Shown: positions 1 through 13,552, numbered from the stretch's first letter. The stretch is DNA of 64,000 nucleotides from an uncultured Actinomycetes bacterium (GCA_963816275.1 CAWFJU010000008.1:78111-142110), one strand, 5' to 3'. Numbers and translations: made by a program. Notes: generated from the letters alone by a model not told the origin.

Positions 1-380
1 CGTCGAACATCAAGAAGGCGACCTTGCCGCCGTCGCCGCGGTGGCCGACGTAGTCGACGACCTCCTTGTGGCCGAGCAGGTAGTTGCAGATCTCCTCGAT
101 CGACTCGAACGCCCGGGGCTCGCGCTCGGACGGCACGAAGACGTTCGGGATGCGTGCCGTCGAACGAGTCGAAGTAGTTGATGAAGCGGAAGTTCCGGAC
201 CCAGCGATCGATGCCCAGCAGGTTGAATGCCGTGGCGCTCACGAAGTAGATCGGGGTCTCGTTCGTGCGGAAGAAGTGCCGGATCGCCGGGATCCCCCGG
301 AGCGGCTCGGACCCGGACGGAGTCGGAGGTCGCCGCGGCCCGAGGCGTCGATGTCGTCGGGGGTGGGTCAGGGGTCGCAT
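1..380 (-). CDS. conserved hypothetical protein, N-terminal part (gene runs off window start); possibly pre-ATP-grasp/ATP-grasp ligase family
   Basis: The minus frame is open from the ATG at 380 to position 1. It is absent from the ORF track because there is no stop in the window. The translation ...IRHFFRTNETPIYFVSATAFNLLGIDRWVRNFRFINYFDSFDGTHPNVFVPSEREPRAFESIEEICNYLLGHKEVVDYVGH has high GC3 and a globular composition. The family guess is from memory only. Confidence 0.45.
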   Translation of the reverse strand, partial: MRPLTHPRRHRRLGPRRPPTPSGSEPLRGIPAIRHFFRTNETPIYFVSATAFNLLGIDRWVRNFRFINYFDSFDGTHPERLRAVRARAPGVRVDRGDLQLPARPQGGRRLRRPPRRRRQGRLLDVR

Positions 381-469
381 CGGCCGGCCCGCGACGCGCG
401 CGCTCGGCTCGTCGGAGCCGGTCACGACGAGCCGCGCCCCGATCACGAGGGCGAGGGTGGCCGCGAGCA

Positions 470-1785
470 TCAGCGATACCCAGATAGCCCGCACCAGTCC
501 CTGATCAGGAGGCCCATGACCTGCGCCGTCTGCACCACGGACGGAAGGTACACCCGTTCTCCGACCCCGTGCGCCTGCTCCGCGTAGGGCCCGAAGCACA
601 CCGCGGGGATGCCGCCGGCGTTCCCGAAGATGCCCGCATCGGTGGTGCCGGTGGTCGACACGAGCGCGGGCGGCGCGCCCGCCTGACGAGCGAACGCGCC
701 CGCGAGCGTCGTGATCAAGGGGTGGTCGTCGGGGATGTCGTAGCCCTCGGAGGCGAAGCCGCCGTACGTGACCTCGGCCATGCCCGGCTGGTCGGCGGTC
801 GCATCGGCCACGACCTGCTCGATCCGTGTTCTGGAGGTCGGCCACCTTCTGGCCGGGGTAGAGGGCGATCCGGTACTGCGTCACGCAGACGCCCGGCACC
901 GTCGAGGCCCAGTCTCCGCCCCGGATCGCGCCAACGTTCAGGCTGATCGGGTTCGTGAACAGGTCGTACGGTGGCGGCGGCGCGGCGTTCATCTCGGCCT
1001 CGAGCTCGCGGAGCGACTGGATCACGGAGAGGCTCTTCTCGATCGCGTTCGTCGCGTTCCGGCCCTCGGCCGCATGGCCCGGTACGCCGGTGATCCGCAC
1101 CTTGAACCAGAGCACGCCGACCTGGGAGGTGGTGATGGCGGCCCCGAACGGCTCGGCCACCACGGCGGCGTCGGCCGTGTAGCCGGCGAGCAGCGTCTGC
1201 AGCGTCCCGTTGCCCGAGCACTCCTCCTCGACGACGGATTCGACGTGCACCGGGGCGCCCGGCGTGAGCCCGAGCCGCCGGAGCGCCCTCACCGCGCCGA
1301 AGATCGCCGCGAGCCCGCACTTCATGTCGGCGGCCCCGCGGCCGTAGACCCAGCCATCCTCGTGGTCGCCGCCGAACGGGTCGCGCTCGCCCCACTGGCT
1401 CAACGGCTCGGGGCTCACCACGTCGATGTGTCCGTTCAGGATCAGCGACCGCCCTCCGTTCGTCGCCCCGCTGCCGGGCGCCCAGGTGGCGACGACGTTC
1501 GCCTTGCCGTCCGTCTCCCAATCGAAGGGCGACGCGAGCGGATGCGCTCGGAGCGCCTCCTCGTCCATGCGGCACGTCGACGGCGTCGAGGTCGAGGTCT
1601 CGAAGCACGTCACGCACGATCACCTGCCCCGCCTCCTCGTTGCCGAGCGTGGTGTCGGCGCGCACGAGCCGCTGCAGGACGTCGGCCATCCATCCGGCCT
1701 CCTCCGCGATCGCATCGAGGATGCGAGCATCCTCGGGATCGGCGGGCTTCGCGCGCCAACTCGTGCGCGAGATCGCCGCGGCCAT
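470..1785 (-). pseudogene. M20 family metallopeptidase (ArgE/DapE-like), reading frame broken twice in this sequence
   Basis: The N-terminus is in the frame of ORF 715..1785 (...VIVRDVLRDLDLDAVDV). The middle lies in a second frame (MDEEALRAHPLASPFDWETDGKANVVATW...LILNGHIDVV...GRGAADMKCGLAA...VEEECSGNG...). The C-terminus is ORF 470..811. The shifts lie near 1569-1575 and 824-828. The HIDVV, GRGAADMK and EEE motifs are typical of M20. Confidence 0.8.
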
Positions 1786-1928
1786 CGAACGCCAGCTGGT
1801 CTGGGTGCGTCTCGTCGGAGGTCAGCCGGCTCCCGCCGTAGGACCCCGTCAGCGCCTCGTCGGGCACGGGCTGCATGGGGGAGAGGGTACACGCGCGTGG
1901 GCATCGCGTCGGAGCGCCGGAGCGCCGG

Positions 1929-1956
1929 TTGACGCATCTGTGTAATGAGGTAATCT
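1929..1956 (+). promoter_or_regulatory. sigma-70-like promoter TTGACG-16nt-TAATCT directly ahead of a leaderless ATG at 1964
   Basis: TTGACG at 1929-1934 and TAATCT at 1951-1956, in an AT-rich patch within a 70% GC context. The ATG lies 8 nt after the -10 hexamer and has no Shine-Dalgarno sequence. Confidence 0.35.
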
Positions 1957-1963
1957 TCGATAC

Positions 1964-2491
1964 ATGACTGATACCACGAACGTCACCGACACGATCCGCG
2001 GCTGGTTCGCCGGCCGACTCCCCGACGACTGGTTCGTCGGCGCGCCGGAGATCTCCGTCGATCGCGACGAGATCCTCGATCGTTGGCACGCTCGCCGAGC
2101 CCGGGCTCGATGCCGACGCCAGCGCCGAGACGCGCGCCGCCGCGCTCGCGTCCCGCATCTCGGGCTTCCGCGAGGACACGCGCGCCCAACGCATGCGGGT
2201 CGCCGACGAGGCGCAGCGACGCTTCGAGCGCAAGGTCTCCTGGGGAGCCGCAGTGCGGCGACCAGCGCCACCTGTTCACGATCTTGAGCGTGCCGGCGAT
2301 GACCCGGCTCCGCTTGCCCGAGCGCCAGGTGCTCGACACCCTGGTGGCCTCGGGGGTCGCGCGGAGCCGGAGCCACGCCCTCGCCTGGTGCGTGCGACTC
2401 GTGGCCGAGCGGCAGGAGGACTGGCTCCACGACCTCCGCGGAGCGCTCCGAGCACGTCGAGAAGGTGCGGTCCGAAGGGCCGAAGGACTAG
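1964..2491 (+). pseudogene. conserved hypothetical protein with a C-terminal ribbon-helix-helix-like segment; three frame changes
   Basis: The protein can be stitched from three frames. Segment 1: MTDTTNVTDTIRGWFAGRLPDDWFVGAPEISVDRDEIL. Segment 2: VGTLAEPGLDADASAETRAA...RMRVADEAQRRFERKVSWGA. Segment 3: CGDQRHLFTILSVPAMTRLRLPERQVLDTLVASGVARSRSHALAWCVRLVAERQEDWLHDLRG. Segment 4: EHVEKVRSEGPKD, ending at the stop at 2489-2491. The shifts lie near 2075, 2245 and 2450. Confidence 0.6.
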
Positions 2492-2879
2492 ACGGGCGCC
2501 GGCGGCTCCGGATCGGTTCCGCCGGCATCGTCGGCCGGCACGCCACTCGACGGATGGCCACGACCAGGTTCATCGCGCTGCTGACGAGCACGACCTCGCC
2601 CTACCGTAGGTCGTCGGGGACGCTCTCTCGGCCCAGGCGCGCCGTCGTCGTGGCGCCGTCCCGGTAGCCGACCGTGACATCGACGTAGCCGCACCCCGTG
2701 GACGTCCAGCCCGCGGACCTCGAGGACCATCGCTTCGCGCTCGCCAAGCATCGAGCGAGACTACCGCAGTGGTCACGCTCGGCCGCATGAGGGCGGAGGG
2801 CCCGATGCGAGGATCGTGCCCGATACCGTCCTACGGCAGATGGCTCAAGCGACTCGAGGCGCCTGCCGACCCTTCCTGC

Positions 2880-4173
2880 ATGGACCGAGGGAGGATCAGG
2901 CACCGCCATCGCCTCCGTGCGCTCGTCCTCGTGGCGGCCACGGGCCTCGCGCTCGTGCCGGCGAACGGCGCACGTGCGGGCGCCGCAGGCGCGGCACCCG
3001 ACCTCACTGCCGGCGAGGCAGGCTCAGGCCCGGCACCGTTCCCGATCGACGTCCCCGAGAGCCGGATGCGCCGGGCGACCTTCAAGTGGTCGGACGTGGA
3101 TGCCAGCGACGCCTGGGCCAAGGACGCGATCAACTTCGTCGGCAAGACGAAGGACTGGATGCGCGACTTCGCGCCCGGCGCCGACGGGAAGGTTCCCTTC
3201 AAACCGGACATGCTCGAGACCCGCAAGTACTTCGCGCGTGCGGCGATCCGGGCCTTCGCGCCGGACCAGGCGATCGATGCCTCGATCACGTTCCCGGACC
3301 TGGAACCCTCGCAGACGTTCTACCGGTGGGCGAACATCGCGGTGAAACTCGGGTGGATGCGCCGCAGCGCCGACGGGCGCTTCGGCCCGGACAAGCCGGT
3401 AACGATGGCGACCGTACACCGCGTGCTGATCCTCGCGCTGGGCATGAAGGACGTCGCCAAGCAGCTCGACAACCTGCACACGCGCGACGGCGTCACCTTC
3501 GGCACGCCCGCCAACTTCGGCGCCCTGATGCTCGGGATGCGCCTCGGCCTTCGCTTCAACAGCTCTGCCGAGGCGAACGACGTCGGTCCGTCGACGCCGA
3601 TGCCTCGTTCCCAGGTCGCGTTCTCCCTGTACAAGGCCGCGAACCTCGAGTCCTGGGTCGTGCCGTACGTGCAGGATCAGTACGACGGGATCGTGCTGCC
3701 GAAACATAGGCCCGTCCCGCCAGGCGATCGTCCGATGGGGCGTGCGGTACATCGGGTACCCGTACGTGTGGGGCGGGGAATGGGGTTTCAAGGCCACCGA
3801 GCCGTCCGCGCTCGGCGGGCAGCCGATCCCGGGGTTCGATTGCTCGGGATTCTCATGGTGGAACCTCCGCGCGAACGATGGCGGTGCGTGGAACATCGCT
3901 CCGCCTCGCCCGTACGACGGGTGGGCCCTCCCCCAGCGCACCTCGGCCGACATGGCCGGCGTCGGCCACCTGAAGTACGACCAGCTCCTGCCCGGCGACC
4001 TGATGTTCTACGACGGGAACGACGATGGAACGGTCGATCACGTCGACATCTACATCGGGAACGGCTACTCGCTCGACTCCTCGAGCACCCCCGGCGGCGT
4101 GACGATCATGTGGGTGGGCGACGGGTGGTACCGCGACCACTTCGTGCACGGCCGCCGCGTCCTTCCCTCGTAG
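2880..4173 (+). pseudogene. secreted NlpC/P60 cell-wall hydrolase with an N-terminal SLH-like region; one frameshift
   Basis: A signal-like N-terminus (MDRGRIRHRHRLRALVLVAATGLALVPANGARA) lies in ORF 2769..4592. The catalytic domain is in ORF 3742..4173 (RYIGYPYVWGGEW...GFDCSGFSWW...DHVDIYIGNG). The frames join near 3700-3715 (...SRQAIVRWGVRYIGYPYVWGG). Confidence 0.8.
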
Positions 4174-4178
4174 GGCGT

Positions 4179-4577
4179 CTACCTCGTCTCGATCGCGGCC
4201 TGCAGGGCAGCCCGCTCCGGCTCGGTGAGCGGACGGCTCCTCCCGCTCTTCCGATCCCTCGGGACGATCACCGCCTCGGCCTCGGCTGCCACCGTGCCGT
4301 CGGCTTTCACGATCGCTTCGCGCGTCTTCACGCTGGAGCGCCCGATCCCGGCGATCGCGCATCGGACCGTGATCTCACCGTCGTCTTGCGTGAGCTCGTT
4401 GCGGAAGTCGATCCCGACGTGGGCGAGCACGAAGTCCCACGCACCCTGGGAGCCCATCAGCGCCTCGATGGCCCGATCCCGGCACTCCTCCAGGTAGTTC
4501 AGGTACACCCCGTTGTTGACGTGGCCGTACGCGTCCATGTCGCGCCACCTGATCGTGATCGTCACCTCGGTCGCCAT
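4179..4577 (-). CDS. acyl-CoA thioesterase, 4HBT/YbgC hot-dog fold
   Basis: The start is taken at the internal ATG (MATEVTITIRWRDMDAYGHVNNGVYLNYLEECR...). The D-x-x-GHVNN motif is typical of YbgC-type thioesterases. Confidence 0.8.
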   Translation of the reverse strand: MATEVTITIRWRDMDAYGHVNNGVYLNYLEECRDRAIEALMGSQGAWDFVLAHVGIDFRNELTQDDGEITVRCAIAGIGRSSVKTREAIVKADGTVAAEAEAVIVPRDRKSGRSRPLTEPERAALQAAIETR

Positions 4578-4604
4578 GGCGCGCCATCCTAGCCCGGGAC
4601 GGCA

Positions 4605-4636
4605 GGAAGCCCCGAGTCGGGGGGACTCGGGGCTTC
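4605..4636 (-). terminator. perfect 14-bp GC-rich hairpin downstream of the MFS-cNMP gene
   Basis: GGAAGCCCCGAGTC-GGGG-GACTCGGGGCTTCC, located between the MFS stop (4728) and the thioesterase start (4577). There is no U-tract. Confidence 0.5.
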
Positions 4637-4727
4637 CGTTCGGAGAGAGGGGCTCCACCTGTGCGTTCGGTACGCCTCGCGCGGCGGTTCGATCCGAGTT
4701 GTTGCGGTTCCGTGACGGCGGATCGCG

Positions 4728-6416
4728 TCACCCCTCGCGGCCGAGCTCCTCCAACCGCCGGTCGATCAGGTCGTTCGCGCGGACCGCACTCGGCCGCGAC
4801 CCGGTCACGGCCGCGAGGAATTCGGCGCGGCTGAGCGCCAGCAGCTCGGAGGGTTCGATCGCGGTCACGCTCGCGGTGCGGGGCACGTCACGCAACAGCG
4901 CGATCTCGCCGAACTGATCGCCGTCGGAGAGTTCGGCCACCGCGCGACCATCGGCCTCCACCGACAGGCGCCCGTGCTCGACGACATAGAACCGATCACC
5001 CGGGTCACCCTGACGGATCACGACGGTGCCGGCCGAGACCTCGAGGCGCTCGAGGTTCCGGGCGACCCGCTCAAGCACCGGCTGCGCGAGCGGCGCGAAG
5101 AGCGCGATCCGCCGGAGCGCGACGACCTCGGGTCCGGGCCTCGTCGCCCGGGCCTCGACCAGGCGGAGCTGGGGCCACGCGACCAGTCCCGCCACCGGGA
5201 GGAACGCGCCGGCGACCACGAGCGCCCCCCGGCTCCCGAACCCCGCGATCAGGAGGGGCGCCGCCGCGGATCCGGCCGCCAGCCCGAGCATCACGAGAGC
5301 CTCTTGCACGCCGAAGACCCGGGCGAGCATCTCGTCGGGGACGGATCGCTGCAGGAGCGTACGGGCCGCCACGTCGAAGAAGGTGCGGCCGGCGCCGCAG
5401 ACGATGAGGAACACGATCGCGCCGGGGAGCCCGGCCACGACGATGCCGACCGCGGCGAGGCTCGCTCCGCACACGACGAGGCCGAGCTGCATCGCCGGCG
5501 TGAGGTGCCGGCGGCCGACGAGCGCGACCGAGGCAGCCGCCCCGATCAGCCCGCCGACACCCATCGCCGCGGCGAGGAAGCCGGCGGCCGACTCGCCCAC
5601 ATCCAGCACGTCGATCGCGAGCAGAGCGTAGAAGACATCGAGGAGGCCCACGACCACGAACTGCACGCCGCCGAGGAGGAGGAGCATCGAGGCTCCGGGC
5701 TCGCGCCGGAGCTCACGGGCGCCCGCGGCCGCTGCGGCCACCACGCCCTCGGGGCTGACGTGCTCGGGCTCCGGCTCGCCGGCGCCGTGATGCAGCGGGA
5801 GCTGCACCGTGAGGAGGCTGGCCGTGACCAAGAACCCGGCGGTGACCGCCACGACGAACGCGGGGCCCGCGATCGCGAAGCCCACCGCGGCGAACATCGG
5901 GCCGACGAGCACGCCGACGCCCTCGACGCTGCTCGACGCGGCGTTGGCGGCCGTGAGTTCCTCGGGCGTCTCGGCGAGGTGCGGGAGGATCGCGTTGTGA
6001 ACGGGGCGCGTGAGCGTGATCGCGCAGCTCGCGACGACGGCCGCGGCGTAGGCGGCCAGGGGCGGAGCCTTCCACAGCGCGAGCGCCAGCAGGAGGTCCG
6101 TCGCGGCCTGGATCGCGTAGCCCAGGCCGAGGGCCCGATCGCGGCGCATCCGGTCCCCGAAGGTCGCCCCGAGCGGAGCCACCAGGGCCGCGGGCACGAG
6201 CTGCGCCACGAGGACGAGGCCCGTGACCGTGGCGCCCCCGCGCTGGAACGCGAAGACCGACACGGCGATCCACACCGCCGCCTCTGCCGCGCTGAACTCC
6301 TGGAACGCGAAGAGCACGCGGACCAGAGCTCGGTTCCGCAGGATCGTGAAGAGCACGCGAACGGCGTCTCGGATCGGCACGGCGAGCGCGGACCTTTCTG
6401 AGAGGGCTGCGCGCAT
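4728..6416 (-). CDS. MFS transporter fused to a C-terminal cyclic-nucleotide-binding domain
   Basis: Intact 562-aa ORF. About 420 aa form a multi-TM MFS-like region. The C-terminus then reads RQGDPGDRFYVVEHGRLSV...GDQFGEIALLRDVPRTASVTA, the classic cNMP-binding FGE..L....RTA motif. Confidence 0.85.
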   Translation of the reverse strand: MRAALSERSALAVPIRDAVRVLFTILRNRALVRVLFAFQEFSAAEAAVWIAVSVFAFQRGGATVTGLVLVAQLVPAALVAPLGATFGDRMRRDRALGLGYAIQAATDLLLALALWKAPPLAAYAAAVVASCAITLTRPVHNAILPHLAETPEELTAANAASSSVEGVGVLVGPMFAAVGFAIAGPAFVVAVTAGFLVTASLLTVQLPLHHGAGEPEPEHVSPEGVVAAAAAGARELRREPGASMLLLLGGVQFVVVGLLDVFYALLAIDVLDVGESAAGFLAAAMGVGGLIGAAASVALVGRRHLTPAMQLGLVVCGASLAAVGIVVAGLPGAIVFLIVCGAGRTFFDVAARTLLQRSVPDEMLARVFGVQEALVMLGLAAGSAAAPLLIAGFGSRGALVVAGAFLPVAGLVAWPQLRLVEARATRPGPEVVALRRIALFAPLAQPVLERVARNLERLEVSAGTVVIRQGDPGDRFYVVEHGRLSVEADGRAVAELSDGDQFGEIALLRDVPRTASVTAIEPSELLALSRAEFLAAVTGSRPSAVRANDLIDRRLEELGREG

Positions 6417-6458
6417 CCTCCCGGCCGATCACCGGGCCGGTCAAACCCCGGAACGCGG

Positions 6459-6482
6459 AACGGGGGCCCGAGGGCCCCCGTT
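6459..6482 (-). terminator. GC-rich hairpin downstream of groEL
   Basis: AACGGGGGCCC-GA-GGGCCCCCGTT, 27 nt after the groEL stop (effectively about 9 bp of stem). The U-tract is weak. Confidence 0.45.
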
Positions 6483-6508
6483 CGGGTGGTGCGATGAGAC
6501 GGCCGGAC

Positions 6509-8182
<1,674 letters not shown>

Positions 8183-8209
8183 CTAGCACTCATGCATGCC
8201 GAGTGCTAA
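8183..8209 (-). promoter_or_regulatory. CIRCE operator (HrcA binding site) upstream of groEL
   Basis: CTAGCACTC-ATGCATGCC-GAGTGCTAA. This matches the TTAGCACTC-N9-GAGTGCTAA consensus at 17 of 18 arm positions and lies 49 nt upstream of the groEL ATG. Confidence 0.9.
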
Positions 8210-8259
8210 CGATTGTAGCCGGAACGACCCCCGACGTGGCAAGGGACTTCCGCCATCGC

Positions 8260-8694
8260 TCAGTCGCGGGCGGACCACAGGAGGAGCGGCGGGAGCGCGA
8301 TCACGCCCAGCACCGCCGCTCCGCCCCTGAAGTCGGTGAGCATCAGGGGGACCACGACGGCCGCCCACAGCGCGAGCGCACCGAGTACCCAGGCGAAGCG
8401 CGGGCGGTACCGGTGGCCGGCACGCCAGTCGGCGACCTGCCGCCACGCGATCACGCCCGGAACGATCAGGAGGAGGGTTCCGAACCCCACGCCGAGCACC
8501 GCCAGCCACAGGGCGGGTCCGTCGGTCCGAGTGCGCCAGCTCGCTGATGGTGGCGGCGCACGCCAGTCGTCGGGGTCCTCGCCGGGACTCGAGACCGCGG
8601 GCGCCTCACCGGACCGCGGGGCCAGCCGGTCCAGCAGGTCGCCCTTCGACGCACGTCGGCGACGGCGGCGGTCGTCTCGCGACGTCGCCGTCAC
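8260..8694 (-). CDS. hypothetical membrane protein (paralog of the upstream gene)
   Basis: A GTG start at 8694 overlaps the upstream stop (GTGA). The protein has an Arg-rich N-terminus, a DDWR motif and then about 3 hydrophobic helices (ALWLAVLGVGFGTLLLIVPGVIAW...FAWVLGALALWAAVVVPLML...). Confidence 0.6.
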   Translation of the reverse strand: MTATSRDDRRRRRRASKGDLLDRLAPRSGEAPAVSSPGEDPDDWRAPPPSASWRTRTDGPALWLAVLGVGFGTLLLIVPGVIAWRQVADWRAGHRYRPRFAWVLGALALWAAVVVPLMLTDFRGGAAVLGVIALPPLLLWSARD

Positions 8695-9098
8695 CCCCTG
8701 AGCACGTACGCCACGCTCGCGAGCGGTCCGACGACGGCCAGCGCGATCGTGAGCCCCGCGAGGTCGGTGAACATCGCGAGCGAGCCGAGGATCGCCGCCC
8801 AGATCCCGAGCACCGCCACCACCCACGCCGCCGAGGGCTGCAGGATCGCACCGTCGCGCCAGCGGCGGTAGCTGCGGAGCGCGATGATCCCCGGCACGAC
8901 GAGCATCAGGAACCCCAGCACGATGCCGAGCTGGGCCACGACGCGCGGCGCACCCTCCGTCGAGTACCGCCAGGCATCATCGGGGGGCGGCGTCTCCTGC
9001 TCGACACGATCGATGTCCTTGCGGCCGAGCGCGCGGCCCGCGGGCCCGACGAGCGGGCCGCGGCGATCTCGGGGGCGGGGCATCTGCGGCGTCGACAT
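8691..9098 (-). CDS. hypothetical membrane protein (paralog of the downstream gene)
   Basis: 135-aa ORF with the same architecture: PPPDDAWRY...VVAQLGIVLGFLMLVVPGIIALRSYRRW...AAWVVAVLGIWAAILGSLAMF... Confidence 0.6.
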   Translation of the reverse strand: MSTPQMPRPRDRRGPLVGPAGRALGRKDIDRVEQETPPPDDAWRYSTEGAPRVVAQLGIVLGFLMLVVPGIIALRSYRRWRDGAILQPSAAWVVAVLGIWAAILGSLAMFTDLAGLTIALAVVGPLASVAYVLRG

Positions 9099-9186
9099 GC
9101 TCGTCCATCATGGGCCACGAAGGACCGTCCGGCACACCCGCGCTAGGCTGCTGCCGCACCCGAGCCGGAGGAGCGACGCATTGGCC

Positions 9187-10985
9187 ATGTCCGACGCACC
9201 ACTCTGGCAACGACGATTCACCGCCCCTCGGATCGACCAGGTCGACTGGCCGCTCGCCGCCCCGGACCAGCTCGGCGTCGTCTCGAACGAGGGCGGCTCG
9301 TCGCAGGCGTGGTCGTGGGAGCTCGCGAGCGGCGAGCGACGGCGCGCGTCGCGCGGCGGGGTGGGCGCGGAAGAGGTGCACGTGACCCCCGACGGTGCCG
9401 GCGTGGTCTGGTGGCTCGACCCGAACGGCGACGAGCGGGGACGGTGGATGGTGACCCCGTTCGAGGGCGGAGCGGCCGGTCCCGCGATTCGACGTGGCCG
9501 ACGGGTGGGCGATGGGCCTGTCGATGGTCGCCGGGGCGTCGGCGTTCGGGCTGGCCGACGACGAGGGGTACGCGATCTACGTGCAGCACGGCGATGGGTC
9601 GCCGACGGCGATCTACCGCCATGCGCGCCCGGCGGGCGTCGGCATGGAGTGGCCGAACGGGTCCGGGCGGGCTGTCGGCCGACGCCACGTTGCTCGCGAT
9701 CCGTCATGCCGAGGACGAGCGACATCGCGCGGCCCGCGGTCCGCGTCCTCGACGCGCACACCGGCGAGGCGATCGGCGAGGTCGTCGACGAAGGGCTCCG
9801 CGCCGAGCCCGCGGGGTGGTCCCCCGTGCCCGGCGACCAACGGCTCGTGCTGATCCGGGAGCTCGACGACATCGAACGTCCGTGGCTCTGGGACCTCTCG
9901 TCCGGCGCGCTCGACGAGCTGCCCGTGGGGCTCCCGGGCGCGGTCTTCCTCGAGGACTGGTACCCGGACGGGTCGGCCGTGCTCCTGCGTCACTCGCACG
10001 AGGCGCGCGATCAGCTCGTGCGGCTCGACCTCGCGACGGGGGCCGTCACCGAGCTCGGGCCGCTCGACGGCACGATCTCCAACGCGCGGGTCCGCCCCGA
10101 CGGCGACATCTGGATGCGGATCGAGCGGGGCACGCACGCGCCGCGGATCCGAGGACCTCGACGGACGCGAGGTGCTCTCGCTCGGCGGCGAGCGCGCCGG
10201 CCGGCCGCCCCTTCGAAGCCGGTCTGGTTCGAGAACCCGCACGGCGACCGTATCCAGGGATGGCTGATCCGCCCCGAGGGCGAGGGGCCGTTCCCGACGA
10301 TCGTCTCGGTGCACGGCGGCCCCGAGTACCACAACACCGATGCGTTCGATCCCCGCAGGCAGGCGTTCGTCGACCACGGGTACGCGGTGCTGCTCGTGAA
10401 CTACCGGGGGTCGACCGGCTACGGCGCGGCGCTTCCGGCAGGCCCTGCAGGGGAACATCGGCTTCCCCGAATCCGAGGACATCATCGCGGGGCTCGACCA
10501 CCTGATCGCGACCGGGGTGACCGACCCGGACCGCGTCGCGATCGAGGGATGGTCGTGGGGCGGCTACCTCGCCACGCTCAACGCCGGCCGTCACCCCGAC
10601 CGATGGAAGGCCGTCATCGCCGGGATCCCCGTCGGCGACTACGTCGCGGCCCACTACGAGTGCGCGCCCGCGTTGCGCGCGTGGGACCTCGCGACGCTCG
10701 GCGGCTCACCGATGGAGCTGCCCGAGCTCTACGCGGAACGGAACCCGATGACGTACGTGGACGACGTCCGGGCGCCCGTGCTGATGATCGCCGGCGACCA
10801 CGACAGCCGGTGCCCGCTCGGCCAGGTGATGGTGTACGCCCACGCGCTCAAGGCACCGGGGTCGCGAGGTCGAGGTGCACCTCTACCCCGGCGGCCACCA
10901 CGCGAACGACGTCGACGAGCAGATCGCCCACGTCGAGCTGATGCTGGACTTCCTCGGGCGGCACCTCGGGGCGAACGCCCGCTAG
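9187..10985 (+). pseudogene. S9 family serine peptidase (prolyl oligopeptidase / acylaminoacyl-peptidase type), about 7 frame changes
   Basis: Segments are spread over all three + frames: MSDAPLWQRRFTAPRIDQV...; ...ADGWAMGLSMVAGASAFGLADDEGYAIYV...; ...VRVLDAHTGEAIGEVVDEGLRAEPAGWSP...; ...FRQALQGNIGFPESEDIIAGLDHLIATGVTDPDRVAIEGWSWGGYLATL... (GWSWGG nucleophile elbow); and ...EVEVHLYPGGHHAND...RHLGANAR, ending at the stop at 10983-10985. Confidence 0.8.
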
Positions 10986-11402
10986 AAGCCCCAGGTCACC
11001 ACGCGGTCGGCCCGTACCTCGACGATGATCGACGCGCCTTCGTCGATCGGCGCCTCGCGTTCGTACTGCGGGTACTTCTCGTAGAGCAGGGCGCGATCGC
11101 GCTCGAACTCGAACCCCGAGTCGATCACGTAGGCCTCGCCGTGCACGATCACCTGCTTGAGGCGCGACCAGTCCTCGTCGTACTCGTCGAACCCGATCGC
11201 GACGTTCGGGTTCCCCTCGAGGTTGCGCACCTTCGTCGTGTCGCGCTCGGTCGCGAAGACGAGTCGGTCGAGATCGAGCACCGGCGAGATCGGCACCACG
11301 TGCGGCCGGCCGTCCGGGTAGACGGTCGCCAGGTATCCGACCCGTCGGCTCCGCGACGAACTCCGCCTCGGCCCGTCCGAACATCGGTCCGTCGACGGAC
11401 AT
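10982..11402 (-). pseudogene. pyridoxamine 5'-phosphate oxidase (PPOX) family / F420-type flavin-binding protein, one frameshift
   Basis: The N-terminus [21 protein letters not shown] lies in the frame of ORF 10848..11402. It then continues as ...[53 protein letters not shown]... (ORF 10982..11299). The shift lies near 11335. Confidence 0.7.
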
Positions 11403-13366
<1,964 letters not shown>

Positions 13367-13552
13367 TGTCGTCCTCCGTGTGTGGCGAGAGGGCTGCATC
13401 GTACGCAGGAAGGGGCCTCGGTGCCGACCGGACGCTCGGACGCCCGATGTGCTTGCAACCGTGCGCACGCGGGGCCACCATCGTGCGTGAGCCGCCCACC
13501 GAGGCGGCTTCGAGGTTGATGGGGCCTCGCGGGAGGGGAAGGAGAACGAGGG

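Noticed and set aside
2488-2751. Small minus-strand ORF fragments (MLGEREAMVLEVRGLDVHG... and ...CGYVDVTVGYRDGATTTARLGRESVPDDLR) that might be a short frameshifted gene.
   Set aside because: GC3 is high in parts, but there is no recognisable family and no clear RBS. It also needs an assumed frameshift, so the evidence is too weak to annotate.
2492-2879. Possible ydaO (c-di-AMP) riboswitch upstream of the NlpC/P60 hydrolase, as often seen before actinobacterial cell-wall hydrolase genes.
   Set aside because: I could not find the paired ACGGGGUGAAUC-type or GGGGA.CCA-type conserved blocks. Only generic GC-rich sequence is present. A covariance-model scan (Rfam RF00379) would be needed to settle it.
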